Origin: an uncultured Gammaproteobacteria bacterium
Lineage (GTDB): Bacteria > Patescibacteriota > Patescibacteriia > UBA2591 > PGYQ01
DNA: 25,114 bases
Assembly (NCBI GenBank): GCA_964358215.1
Contig: CAYHOD010000001.1
Location: 866-25,979, forward strand
Reading direction: 5' to 3'
The notes below the pieces were generated by a model, which ran no database searches, was not told the origin of the DNA, and saw only the letters and a program-made list of their open reading frames with translations. How positions within the stretch are numbered: position 1 is the first letter of the stretch; the number at the start of each line of letters is the position of its first letter. The position numbers were made by a program, and so were the translations under genes. Positions 16,376 through 25,100 of the stretch are shown one piece after another.

Positions 16376-17553
16376 ATAATTAATTTATCCAACATTTCCT
16401 TTACTTTCTTTTTCCAATCATGTTTTTTTACTTCTTCTATTCGTTTTATTTTTAAATTTTCATCTTTTTCTTCTAAACATTTTTTTAAAGCATTATTAAA
16501 TTCTTCTGCTGTGTTTACTATTTTAATGAAATTGGAAAATCTTTCTGCTCCACCGGTATTTGTCGCAATAATTGGTTTCCCTAAAGCTAAATATTCATAT
16601 ATTTTCATTGAATCTCCGCATTTTGTGTTTAAATTTACTTTATAAAAAGCAAAACAAACATCAAATTGATTAATATACGACGGAACTTGTTTAAAATGTT
16701 TTGATCCTAATAAATATACATTATTAAAACGAGATAATTTTTCTATCCCAAATTTCACAAATTTGTCTTGCCAAATTGGTCCAATAAAAACAAAATTTAC
16801 ATTTTGATTTTTTTTAATCACCTTTGAAATTAAATCAAAATCCAAACGATTAGTCATTACTCCGATGCAGCCAATTATTGGATGCGCAATTTTTTTAATG
16901 TCATCTGGACATATTAAATTTTTTTGAAATCTATTTAAATCAATACCCTGAGAAACACAATAAACATTTTGTCTATTTTGAAAAAATAAATTTATAAGCT
17001 CTTGAGAAACTGTAAAAATAATATTCGTTTTTTCTTTAATTAATTTATAATTTTTTTCAAGTTTTTGTTTTTGATTTTTATAAGCCGGAAATTCCGTCCA
17101 ATTATCAATGGCGTCAAAACAAGAAATACTCTCGCCTAATTTTCCAAAATATTCGCAAAACATTGGGTTACACGACCAAAGAATTATGTTTTTAAATTCT
17201 AATTTTTTAAGCAATTTATTTATTTTTTTTATTAATATTTTTTCTCCAAAAACAGAATCAATTGTGGAATAAACAAAAAATCCTTTTGATACATTTAAAA
17301 ATTCGGAAGTTTGAATTTCACGACAAATACTAAAAAAATCTCGATGAATAATTTTTCCTCGAGATGTTAAAATTTGATTTTTAATATAACTTTTAATTCC
17401 TTGCTTTGTTGTAAAAGGCAATAAATCAATATAAAAAATTTTTCCAATTCTTTCGTCTTCTAATAAATTTTTTAAAATATAAGCGCTGCGATTAAATGTT
17501 TCTTTTTCAAACCATCTTGAAAAATTATTCATTCCAAACATTATAATATCCAT
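16372..17553 (-). CDS. GT-B fold (GT4/TuaH-like) glycosyltransferase
   Basis: FDAIDNW, IFTVSQEL, QGIDLNRF, FIGP, SMKIYEYLALGKPIIAT; 4-nt overlap with the downstream gene. Confidence 0.88.
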   Translation of the reverse strand: MDIIMFGMNNFSRWFEKETFNRSAYILKNLLEDERIGKIFYIDLLPFTTKQGIKSYIKNQILTSRGKIIHRDFFSICREIQTSEFLNVSKGFFVYSTIDSVFGEKILIKKINKLLKKLEFKNIILWSCNPMFCEYFGKLGESISCFDAIDNWTEFPAYKNQKQKLEKNYKLIKEKTNIIFTVSQELINLFFQNRQNVYCVSQGIDLNRFQKNLICPDDIKKIAHPIIGCIGVMTNRLDFDLISKVIKKNQNVNFVFIGPIWQDKFVKFGIEKLSRFNNVYLLGSKHFKQVPSYINQFDVCFAFYKVNLNTKCGDSMKIYEYLALGKPIIATNTGGAERFSNFIKIVNTAEEFNNALKKCLEEKDENLKIKRIEEVKKHDWKKKVKEMLDKLII

Positions 17554-17601
17554 AAAACTAAATTAATAAAAAATCAATATTAAGATTCTCGCTTCGTTTA
17601 A

Positions 17602-17668
17602 AATAACAGAATGTTATTCTGTTACAATGTTATAATGTTAAAATGTTATAATGTTATAATGTTTTTTC
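17602..17668 (+). repeat. TGTTAnnn octamer array overlapping the serS stop
   Basis: Six to seven units from 17612; serS TAA at 17646-17648 lies inside. Confidence 0.9.
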
Positions 17669-18905
17669 CATTCATATAAGGCTGTAAGACTTCTGGAATT
17701 TTTATTGATCCATCTTTTTGTTGATAATTTTCTATAATTGCAATAATGATTCTACCAATAGCAAAAGCTGTTCCGTTTAAAGTATGAACAAAATTTAATT
17801 TGCCCTTTTTATTTCGATAACGAATATTTAATCGTCTGGCCTGAAAATCCGTGCAATTGCTTGTTGAAGTTATTTCTCTAAATTCATTTTGTCCTGGCAA
17901 CCAAGCCTCTAAATCAAATTTTTTAGCCGCTGAATCCCCTAAATCTCCGGTGCACATTTTTATCACCCGATAAGGTATTTTTAAAAGTTGGACTAATTTT
18001 TCTTCCATTGAAAGTAAAAATTGATGTTCTTTTTCTGAATCTTCTGGCTTGCAAAAACAAAACATTTCTAATTTATCAAATTGATGAACCCGCAAAATTC
18101 CTTTTGTGTCTTTGCCATACGATCCAGCTTCTCTGCGAAAACAAGATGAAAATCCTAAGTACCTTTTTGGTAAATCTTTTTCTTCAAAAATTTCATCACA
18201 ATGCATTGGGCCAATTGATTGCTCAGAGGTGCCGACTAAATATAATTCATCTTTTGGCAAATAATAAATTTCATCTTCTCCGCGAATTAAATATCCCATT
18301 GCCGCCATTGGTTGTCTTTTTATCATAACTGGTGGAATGATTGGAATAAAATTTTCTTTAATTAAATTAAAAAAAGTAAATTGAATTAAGGCAAATTCTA
18401 ATAGAACCGCTTCATTTTTTAAATAACCAAATCTACTGCCAGAAATTTTGGCCGCTCTTTTAGTGTCAATTAAATCTAATTTTTCGGCTAATTCAATATA
18501 GCTTTTTGATTCAAAATCAAATTTAGAAATTTTACATTCGTGTCTTAAAATTTCATTATCTTCTTCATTACGCCCTATTTTGACATCTGACAAAGGAAGA
18601 TTTGGAATTAAATACATTAATTTATTAAATTCTTTTTCTATTTCTTCTAATTCTTTTTCTAATTTCAATATTTCTTCTTTAATATTTTTCCCTTTTTCTA
18701 TTAATTCATCTTTTTTTGAAAAATCCATTTTGATTTTATCAGCAATCTCATTTTTTATTTTTCTTAAATCATCCACTTTTTGAATCAAATCTTTTCTTTT
18801 TTTATCCAATTCTAAAAGTCCGTCAATATCAACATTAACTCGTTTATTTTCACAAGCGCTTTTAATCAAATCTGAATTTTCACGAATAAATTTTATATCC
18901 AACAT
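17646..18905 (-). CDS. serS: Seryl-tRNA synthetase
   Basis: MLDIKFIREN, coiled-coil arm, LVGTSEQ, FRREAGSYGKDTKGILRVHQFDKLE, EITSTSNCTDFQARRL, HTLNGTA. Start at ATG 18905. Confidence 0.97.
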   Translation of the reverse strand: MLDIKFIRENSDLIKSACENKRVNVDIDGLLELDKKRKDLIQKVDDLRKIKNEIADKIKMDFSKKDELIEKGKNIKEEILKLEKELEEIEKEFNKLMYLIPNLPLSDVKIGRNEEDNEILRHECKISKFDFESKSYIELAEKLDLIDTKRAAKISGSRFGYLKNEAVLLEFALIQFTFFNLIKENFIPIIPPVMIKRQPMAAMGYLIRGEDEIYYLPKDELYLVGTSEQSIGPMHCDEIFEEKDLPKRYLGFSSCFRREAGSYGKDTKGILRVHQFDKLEMFCFCKPEDSEKEHQFLLSMEEKLVQLLKIPYRVIKMCTGDLGDSAAKKFDLEAWLPGQNEFREITSTSNCTDFQARRLNIRYRNKKGKLNFVHTLNGTAFAIGRIIIAIIENYQQKDGSIKIPEVLQPYMNGKNIITL

Positions 18906-18956
18906 AGAAAAACATTTTAACAAAATAACATTTTAACATTAAAACATTTTGTTATT
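18906..18956 (-). promoter_or_regulatory. Octamer array ending in TGTTAAAAT 8 nt before the serS ATG; inverted relative to the 17602 array
   Basis: Minus strand reads aataacaaaatgttttaatgttaaaatgttattttgttaaaatgtttttctATG. Confidence 0.55.
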
Positions 18957-20219
18957 TTACATTTTTCTGCCTTCGGCAGATCTGCCGTAGGCAGAGATTT
19001 TTGCATTTTGATTTTTCAACGCTTCTAACGCTGGCAATTTTTTATCAGCAAGAAATTCTAACATTGCTCCGCCAGCTACACAAACATGACTAATTTTTTT
19101 ATTTAAATTAAATTTATTAATCGCTTCCTCTGTATCTCCGCCGCCAATTATGCTATAAGCCTTAGAATTTGCAATTGCTTGAGCTATTTTTTTTGTTCCT
19201 TGGCTAAATTTTTCTTTTTCAAATAATCCCATCGGGCCATTCCAAATAATTGTTTTTGCTTTTTGAATATATTGAGAAAATAAATCAATTGTTTGACGTC
19301 CTATGTCTAAAATCGAAATTGGCAAATTATAAGAATTTAAAAATGCAATATCTATTTCTTTTGATTGTTTTTTTAAACCAATAGTTTTTTCAATGACTCC
19401 GTCAATTGGCAAAATAATTTTTTCTCCCACAAATGGTAATAATTCAACTAACATTTTTTTTATCGTATCATTTGTTTGGCTATTTAAAAAACTGCCTGGC
19501 AATTCTCCTACTTTATATCCTAATTCTTTTAAAAAAATCAATCCGATTACGCCGCCTATTAAAATTAAATCCGCTTGTTTAAGAAAATTTTTAATTACAT
19601 CTATTTTAGAATCCATTTTTACTCCTCCGATAATAATAACTAAAGGCTTTTTGGGATTTGTTTTAATTTTAGTTAAAATTTTTATTTCTTTTTCAAAATT
19701 TAATCCCATTGCGCTTGGCAAAAATTTTGTAATTCCAACCGTAGAGGCATAATCCCTATGACTTTGAGCAAAAGCGTCATTAATAAAAATTTCGCCTAAA
19801 TCAGCAAGTTTTTTAGCAAATTTTAAATCATTTTTTTCTTCTTCTGGATAAAAACGAGTATTTTCCAAAAGAATAATCTCATTTGATTTCATATCTTTTA
19901 TTGTGTTTTCAACCTTCTTTCCGATACAATCTTCTAAATAACTTACTTTTTCTTTTTTAAATATTTGCTTTAATTTTTTTGCAACCGGCTTTAAACGTAA
20001 ATCTCCCACTATTTTACCATTGGGTCTTCCTAAATAAGAAACTAAAATGATTTTACAATTTTGTTCTAAAAGATATTCAATTGTAGGAATTGAAATTTTT
20101 ATTCTGCTATCGTCAACGACTGTCCATTCATTTCCATTTTTTTTCAACGGTACATCATAGGCCACTCTCAAAATAACTTTTTTATTTTTTAAATCTATAT
20201 CTTTGATGGTTTTGTACAT
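18957..20219 (-). CDS. pgk: Phosphoglycerate kinase (divergent substrate-binding motif)
   Basis: LGRP, LLENTRFYPEE, INDAF..HR, IIWNGPMGLFE, IGGGDT, GGAMLEFL. Confidence 0.88.
   Translation of the reverse strand: MYKTIKDIDLKNKKVILRVAYDVPLKKNGNEWTVVDDSRIKISIPTIEYLLEQNCKIILVSYLGRPNGKIVGDLRLKPVAKKLKQIFKKEKVSYLEDCIGKKVENTIKDMKSNEIILLENTRFYPEEEKNDLKFAKKLADLGEIFINDAFAQSHRDYASTVGITKFLPSAMGLNFEKEIKILTKIKTNPKKPLVIIIGGVKMDSKIDVIKNFLKQADLILIGGVIGLIFLKELGYKVGELPGSFLNSQTNDTIKKMLVELLPFVGEKIILPIDGVIEKTIGLKKQSKEIDIAFLNSYNLPISILDIGRQTIDLFSQYIQKAKTIIWNGPMGLFEKEKFSQGTKKIAQAIANSKAYSIIGGGDTEEAINKFNLNKKISHVCVAGGAMLEFLADKKLPALEALKNQNAKISAYGRSAEGRKM
18961..19016 (-). repeat. CTGCC double-hairpin element translated as the PGK C-terminus
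   Basis: atttttctgccttcggcagatctgccgtaggcagagatttttgcattttgattttt. Confidence 0.9.
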
Positions 20220-20266
20220 AAAATAAGCAAAAATTTAAACTTTAATCTCATATTATTATTGTGATA

Positions 20267-20294
20267 ATTTTATATTAAATAATATGTATGTCAA
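20267..20294 (-). promoter_or_regulatory. Candidate pgk promoter TTGACA-16-TAAAAT
   Basis: Minus strand reads ttgaca tacatattatttaata taaaat, about 47 nt upstream of the ATG. Confidence 0.55.
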
Positions 20295-20338
20295 GATTGG
20301 ATGAGTATAAAAAATATTTTTACACCATTTACTAAGCT

Positions 20339-20377
20339 GAATAATATTATGGGAGTTGAACTCCCATAATATTATTC
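20339..20377. repeat. REP palindrome downstream of the RAYT (19-bp perfect arms; contains its stop)
   Basis: gaataatattatgggagtt-g-aactcccataatattattc. Confidence 0.95.
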
Positions 20378-21091
20378 TAAAATTATTTTTTTGATTTTCT
20401 CTATATTTATATTTCTTCCATCTATTCCACTTTTTTCACGAAGCCATTTTTTAGTTTGCTGATAATATTCTTTTTCTCCTCCAAAAAAATCTAAAATAAA
20501 ATCTCTTGAAGTTAGCGATGGAAAATTTTTTTTGCCAATATAATCTAAATAAGAACTCCATCGATAATTTTCTAAAAATTCTATTTGTGTTTTCCAATCT
20601 ATGGGAGTTGAACTCCCATAGATTAAATCTATTGGGTTAGTATGGATATAAAATGGAAGAATGGAAAAATAAATTTCTTCATTAACAAAAATTGCTTTAA
20701 ATCTGCCTTGAAATAGTCCGCCAACCCTCTCATATTTTTTATTAAAATAATTTGTATACCCAGTTCCTAATTTTTGCATAAATTTTACAATTCCATTTTC
20801 TTTTTTTTGTTTTAAGAGTAAGTGGAAATGATTTGGCATAAGAGTAAAAGCCAAAATTTCAACTAATAATTTTCTAGGCTTTTTTTGTTTTTTTATACGT
20901 TCTAATTCTGTCTTTTTAAATTTATTATTAAAATAATAAGCGACATTATAAACAAAATCCTCATTATTAAATTCAAAAAGATCATGAATAAATCTAAGAT
21001 AATCTTTGTCGTCAAGAAATGTTTTTCTTTTTTCTACCCCTCTATTAAAAATATGATAAATTTCATTTTCTACAAATTGTGGTTTTTGCAT
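20372..21091 (-). mobile_element. REP-associated tyrosine transposase (RAYT, Y1 HUH superfamily) CDS
   Basis: YHIFNRG, LMPNHFHLLL (HUH), YFNKKY, LFQGRF, YIHTNP, YRWSSY; flanked by palindromes. Start taken at ATG 21091 (MQKP). Confidence 0.9.
20596..20624. repeat. REP palindrome inside the RAYT CDS (14-bp perfect arms)
   Basis: aatctatgggagtt-g-aactcccatagatt; translated as LIYGSSTPID. Confidence 0.95.
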
Positions 21092-21102
21092 ATTTTTAAA
21101 TC

Positions 21103-21123
21103 TATGGGAGTTCAACTCCCATA
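21103..21123. repeat. REP palindrome upstream of the RAYT (10-bp core arms, hybrid flanks)
   Basis: tatgggagtt-c-aactcccata. Confidence 0.93.
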
Positions 21124-21133
21124 ATATTAATTT

Positions 21134-23011
21134 TTATTTCAAAATCGCTTTGATTCTTCTTACTCCGGCGCCGCTGGATTCTTCTTTTATAATTTTAAAA
21201 TGGCCTAAAGTTTCAGTTTTTTCAACATGCGGGCCGGCGCAGATTTCTTTTGAAAAATCGCCAATTGAATAAACAGAAACTTTTTCCGGATATCTTTCTT
21301 TAAAAAAAGCTAAAGCGCCGGATTTTAAGGCGCTTTCTAAATTCATTTCTTCTTTTTTAATGCTTAAATTTTCTTTAATTTTTTGATTGATTAAATCTTC
21401 AACTTTTTCAATTTCTTCGTCAGTCATTTTTTGAAAATGAAAAAAATCAAAACGAAGTCGTTCTTCAATAATATTGCTTCCCATTTGTTTAACGTGATCG
21501 CCTAAAATTTTTCGCAAAGCCGAATGCAAAAGATGGGTAGCTGTATGCAACTTTGGAAGTTGGGAGTTGGGAGTTGGGAGTTGGGAGTTTGAAACTCCAT
21601 GACCGCCGAATTTTTTTTCAGCTCCGGCGCGAGAAATTTCTTGATGTTTTATAAATTCTTTTTTAAATCCTTCTTTATCTACTTTTAATTTTTTTTCCAT
21701 TGCCAATTCTTCGGTTAATTCTAAAGGGAAACCATAAGTTTGAAATAAATCAAAAGCAATTTCTCCAGATAAAATTTTTAAATTTTTTAATTTGCAATTT
21801 TCAATTTGCAATTTTAAATTTTTTAATCCATTTTCCAAAGTCTTACTGAATTTATCCTCTTCTTTTTCTAAATTATTAGCAATAAAATTAAAATTTGTTT
21901 TTAATTCAGGATAAATTTCTAAATAATCATTTATTGCTATTTCAGCCATTTGTTTTGTCCAATATTTTTTTTCAATTCCAATTTGTTTTCCATAACGAAT
22001 AATTCTTCTAATTAATCGACGAACAATATATCCTTGATCAACGTTTGATGGCTCAATCCCCTTTTTATCTCCCATGATAAAAACAATCGCTTTGATATGA
22101 TCAACAATAATTTCAAATGGTTTTGGCGCTTCTTGATATTTAATCCCTGATAATTCTTCTAATTTTTTAATTAAATTCTTAAAAAGATCGGTTTCAAAAA
22201 CATTGTCTTTTTTTTGAACAATCATTGTTATTCTTTCTAATCCTCCGCCAAAATCAACATTTTTATTTTTTAATTGCTGCCAGCCGGTTTCAATTTTTTT
22301 ATATTGAATAAAAACCGAATTGCCTATTTCTATAAATCGACCGCAATCGCAATTTAAATGACAATATTTTCCAAATTTTAAATCATGTTTTCTGCCAGTG
22401 TCATAAAAAGTTTCTGAATCAGGCCCGCCTAATTCACCAATTGATTCGCCTCGTTGCCACCAATTTTTATCTTGGTAAGCAAAAATTCGAAATTTATTAA
22501 AATCAATTTCTATTCCAGGTCCTATTTTTCCATTTCCTTTGGTCTCGGATCCTTCTAAAGCTTTAATGTTATATTTTGAATAAATTTTTTTTAAAAATTC
22601 AATTGAATTATTGTCTTTTTTAATTTGTTCATTTCCTAAATAAATTGTTTGATAAATTTTTTGAGGATCTAATTTTAATTCTTCAATTAAAAATTCAAAC
22701 AACCAATTAAGTTGTTCTTTTTTAAAATAATCTCCCAACGACCAATTTCCCAACATTTCAAAAAAAGTATTGTGCCTGCCATCGCCAATTTCTTCAATAT
22801 CTTCAGCTCTAAAACATTTTTGACAATTTGTTAATCTATTTTTTTTAAAACATTTTTCTCCGGATAAATAAGGAACTAATGGCGACATTCCAGAATTAAC
22901 AAAAAGCAATGTTGAATCATTTTCCGGAATTAAAGAAGCGCTTGAAATTATCAAGTGCTCTTTTTTTTTAAAAAAATCTAAAAATTTTTTTCTTATTTCA
23001 TTTGAAGACAT
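21134..23011 (-). CDS. alaS: Alanyl-tRNA synthetase, short form without the C-Ala domain
   Basis: LLFVNSGM, QKCFR, HNTFFEMLGNWSLGDYFK, DFGGGLER, GYIVRRLIRR, TYGFP, HTATHLL, EICAGPHV. Confidence 0.96.
   Translation of the reverse strand: MSSNEIRKKFLDFFKKKEHLIISSASLIPENDSTLLFVNSGMSPLVPYLSGEKCFKKNRLTNCQKCFRAEDIEEIGDGRHNTFFEMLGNWSLGDYFKKEQLNWLFEFLIEELKLDPQKIYQTIYLGNEQIKKDNNSIEFLKKIYSKYNIKALEGSETKGNGKIGPGIEIDFNKFRIFAYQDKNWWQRGESIGELGGPDSETFYDTGRKHDLKFGKYCHLNCDCGRFIEIGNSVFIQYKKIETGWQQLKNKNVDFGGGLERITMIVQKKDNVFETDLFKNLIKKLEELSGIKYQEAPKPFEIIVDHIKAIVFIMGDKKGIEPSNVDQGYIVRRLIRRIIRYGKQIGIEKKYWTKQMAEIAINDYLEIYPELKTNFNFIANNLEKEEDKFSKTLENGLKNLKLQIENCKLKNLKILSGEIAFDLFQTYGFPLELTEELAMEKKLKVDKEGFKKEFIKHQEISRAGAEKKFGGHGVSNSQLPTPNSQLPKLHTATHLLHSALRKILGDHVKQMGSNIIEERLRFDFFHFQKMTDEEIEKVEDLINQKIKENLSIKKEEMNLESALKSGALAFFKERYPEKVSVYSIGDFSKEICAGPHVEKTETLGHFKIIKEESSGAGVRRIKAILK
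21553..21600. repeat. In-frame (TTGGGAG)n array plus a REP-like hairpin inside alaS
   Basis: ttggaag followed by 4x ttgggag, then ggagttt-g-aaactcc. Confidence 0.92.
21789..21823. repeat. In-frame AATTTGC-family heptamer array inside alaS
   Basis: aatttgc aattttc aatttgc aatttta aattttt. Confidence 0.75.
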
Positions 23012-23034
23012 ATTTACCTTGGATTACGAAATGA

Positions 23035-23119
23035 AGAAATTTTTTAATTTTTGCAGCGTGACTGTTGAGCAAATGCCTAGGCGAGCGAGTTTGGGCAGTA
23101 AAAAAAATAAAAAATTTCT
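23035..23119. repeat. Intergenic long hairpin with a GC-rich core between dnaK and alaS
   Basis: 23035-23052 and 23102-23119 are 17/18 inverted repeats. Confidence 0.6.
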
Positions 23120-23150
23120 GAATATTGTTGCATTTTGTAATTCAGGATAT

Positions 23151-25052
23151 TTATTTTTCCTCATCTTTCTTCTTGTCATCTTTTATTTCTTCATATTCTC
23201 CTTTTTCTTCTTTTTTATTATTTTCAGACGATTGTTTTTGTTCGTCAGTTGATTGCTGCTGATACATCGCTTGTCCAATTTTTTGCGCGACTTGAGTTAA
23301 TTCTTCTAAAGCTTTTTTTAAAGATTCAAAATCATCTTTATCTTTAACTTCTTTTAAATTTTTTATTTTTTCTTCCACATCTTTTTTATCAGATTCCGGA
23401 ACTTTGTCTCCGGCTTCTTTTAAAACTTTTTCAGTGGAATAAATTAAAGTTTCAGCCGCATTTCTTGCTTCAATTAATTCTTTTTTCTTTTTATCTTCTT
23501 CTGCGTGCGCTTCAGCGTCTTTTTTCATTTTTTCAATTTCTTCTTTAGAAAGTCCGCTTGAAGCGGTAATGGTTATTTTTTGTTCTTTTCCGGTTGCTTT
23601 GTCTTTAGCTTTAACGCTCAAAATTCCATTTGCGTCAATATCAAAAGTAACTTCAATTTGCGGAATTCCCCGGGGAGCCGGAGGTATACCGTCAAGAATA
23701 AATCTTCCCAAAGATTTATTGCCATTTGCCATTTCGCGTTCTCCTTGTAAAATATGAATTTCTACGCTTGGTTGGCTATCAGCCGCTGTTGAAAAAACTT
23801 GGCTTTTTGAAGTTGGAATTGTTGTATTTTTGTCAATTAATTTTGTGGAAACGCCGCCTAAAGTTTCAATTCCCAAAGAAAGCGGAATAACATCTAAAAG
23901 TAAAACATCTTTAACTTCACCTTGCAAAATTCCGGCTTGAATAGCGGCGCCAATCGCAACCACTTCATCCGGGTTAACTCCTAAATGCGGTTTTTTACCA
24001 AAAAATTTTTCTACTGTTTGAACAACTAAAGGCATTCGAGTTTGTCCGCCAACCATTACGATTTCCTCAATATTTTTAGGCTCTAGGCCTGCATCTTTTA
24101 AAGCTTTTTTGCATGGCTCTAAAGTTTCTTGAACTAAATCTCCAACAATTTCTTCCAATTTAGCTCTAGTTAATTTTAAAACCAAATGTTTTGGTCCCTC
24201 TGCATCGGTTGTGATAAATGGTTGATTAATTTCTGTTTCCATTGTTGTGGAAAGTTCAATTTTAGCTTTTTCTGCCGCTTCTTTTAATCGTTGCAAAGCT
24301 AATTTATCTTTTAACAAATCAATACCTTGATCTTTTCTGAATTCTTCAATAATCCAATGAATAATTCTTTGATCAAAATCATCTCCGCCTAAATGAGTGT
24401 TGCCATTTGTCGCTTTTACTTCAACAACATCTTCTCCAATATCTAAAATAGAAATATCAAAAGTTCCTCCGCCTAAATCATAGACCGCGATTTGTTGTCC
24501 CTTTTTCTTATCAAAACCATAGGCCAACGCCGCCGCGGTTGGTTCATTAATTATTCTTTTTACTTCAAGTCCCGCGATTTTTCCCGCGTCTTTTGTCGCT
24601 TGTCTTTGGCTGTCATTAAAATAAGCTGGAACAGTAATAACTGCTTCTGTAATTTTTTCTCCTAATTTTTCCTCTGCGTCGGCTTTTAATTTTTGCAAAA
24701 TCATTGCTGAAATTTCTTGAGGAGTGTATTCTTTTTCTTTCATTATTACCTTTACTCCTTCTCCGGCTTTAACAACTTTAAATGGAAAAACTTTTAAATC
24801 TCTTTGCACTTCTTCATCGCCAAAACTTCGTCCAATCAAACGCTTAATGGAAAAAAGCGTATTTTCCGCGTTAGTAACCGCTTGGCGTTTAGCTAATAAT
24901 CCAACTAAACGTTCATTACTTTTGGAAATAGCTGTCATTGAAGGCGTTGTGCGAACTCCTTCTTTATTTTCTAAAACTTTAGGCTCCCCTGCTTCAATAA
25001 TAGCCATGCATGAATTTGTTGTACCGAGATCGATACCAAGTATTTTTGACAT
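23151..25052 (-). CDS. dnaK: Chaperone DnaK (Hsp70)
   Basis: [63 protein letters not shown]. Confidence 0.98.
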   Translation of the reverse strand: MSKILGIDLGTTNSCMAIIEAGEPKVLENKEGVRTTPSMTAISKSNERLVGLLAKRQAVTNAENTLFSIKRLIGRSFGDEEVQRDLKVFPFKVVKAGEGVKVIMKEKEYTPQEISAMILQKLKADAEEKLGEKITEAVITVPAYFNDSQRQATKDAGKIAGLEVKRIINEPTAAALAYGFDKKKGQQIAVYDLGGGTFDISILDIGEDVVEVKATNGNTHLGGDDFDQRIIHWIIEEFRKDQGIDLLKDKLALQRLKEAAEKAKIELSTTMETEINQPFITTDAEGPKHLVLKLTRAKLEEIVGDLVQETLEPCKKALKDAGLEPKNIEEIVMVGGQTRMPLVVQTVEKFFGKKPHLGVNPDEVVAIGAAIQAGILQGEVKDVLLLDVIPLSLGIETLGGVSTKLIDKNTTIPTSKSQVFSTAADSQPSVEIHILQGEREMANGNKSLGRFILDGIPPAPRGIPQIEVTFDIDANGILSVKAKDKATGKEQKITITASSGLSKEEIEKMKKDAEAHAEEDKKKKELIEARNAAETLIYSTEKVLKEAGDKVPESDKKDVEEKIKNLKEVKDKDDFESLKKALEELTQVAQKIGQAMYQQQSTDEQKQSSENNKKEEKGEYEEIKDDKKKDEEK

Positions 25053-25100
25053 AAAAAATATTATAACATTTCAAAATTTCAAATTGCAAATTGCAAATTA
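25053..25100 (-). promoter_or_regulatory. Extended -10 (TGTTATAAT) 7 nt before the dnaK ATG, preceded by a heptamer array
   Basis: Minus strand reads aaatttgcaatttgcaatttgaaattttgaaatgttataatattttttATG. Confidence 0.55.

Noticed and set aside
21134-23011. alaS as a truncated pseudogene
   Set aside because: Aminoacylation and editing motifs are intact and the ORF ends cleanly after the editing domain; short AlaRS forms lacking C-Ala are known.
18906-23150. T-box riboswitches before serS or alaS
   Set aside because: Leaders are too short and lack the T-box consensus.
23019-23252. 77-aa plus-strand ORF across the alaS-dnaK spacer
   Set aside because: Its hydrophobic tail is the antisense of the Lys/Glu-rich DnaK end; no independent support.
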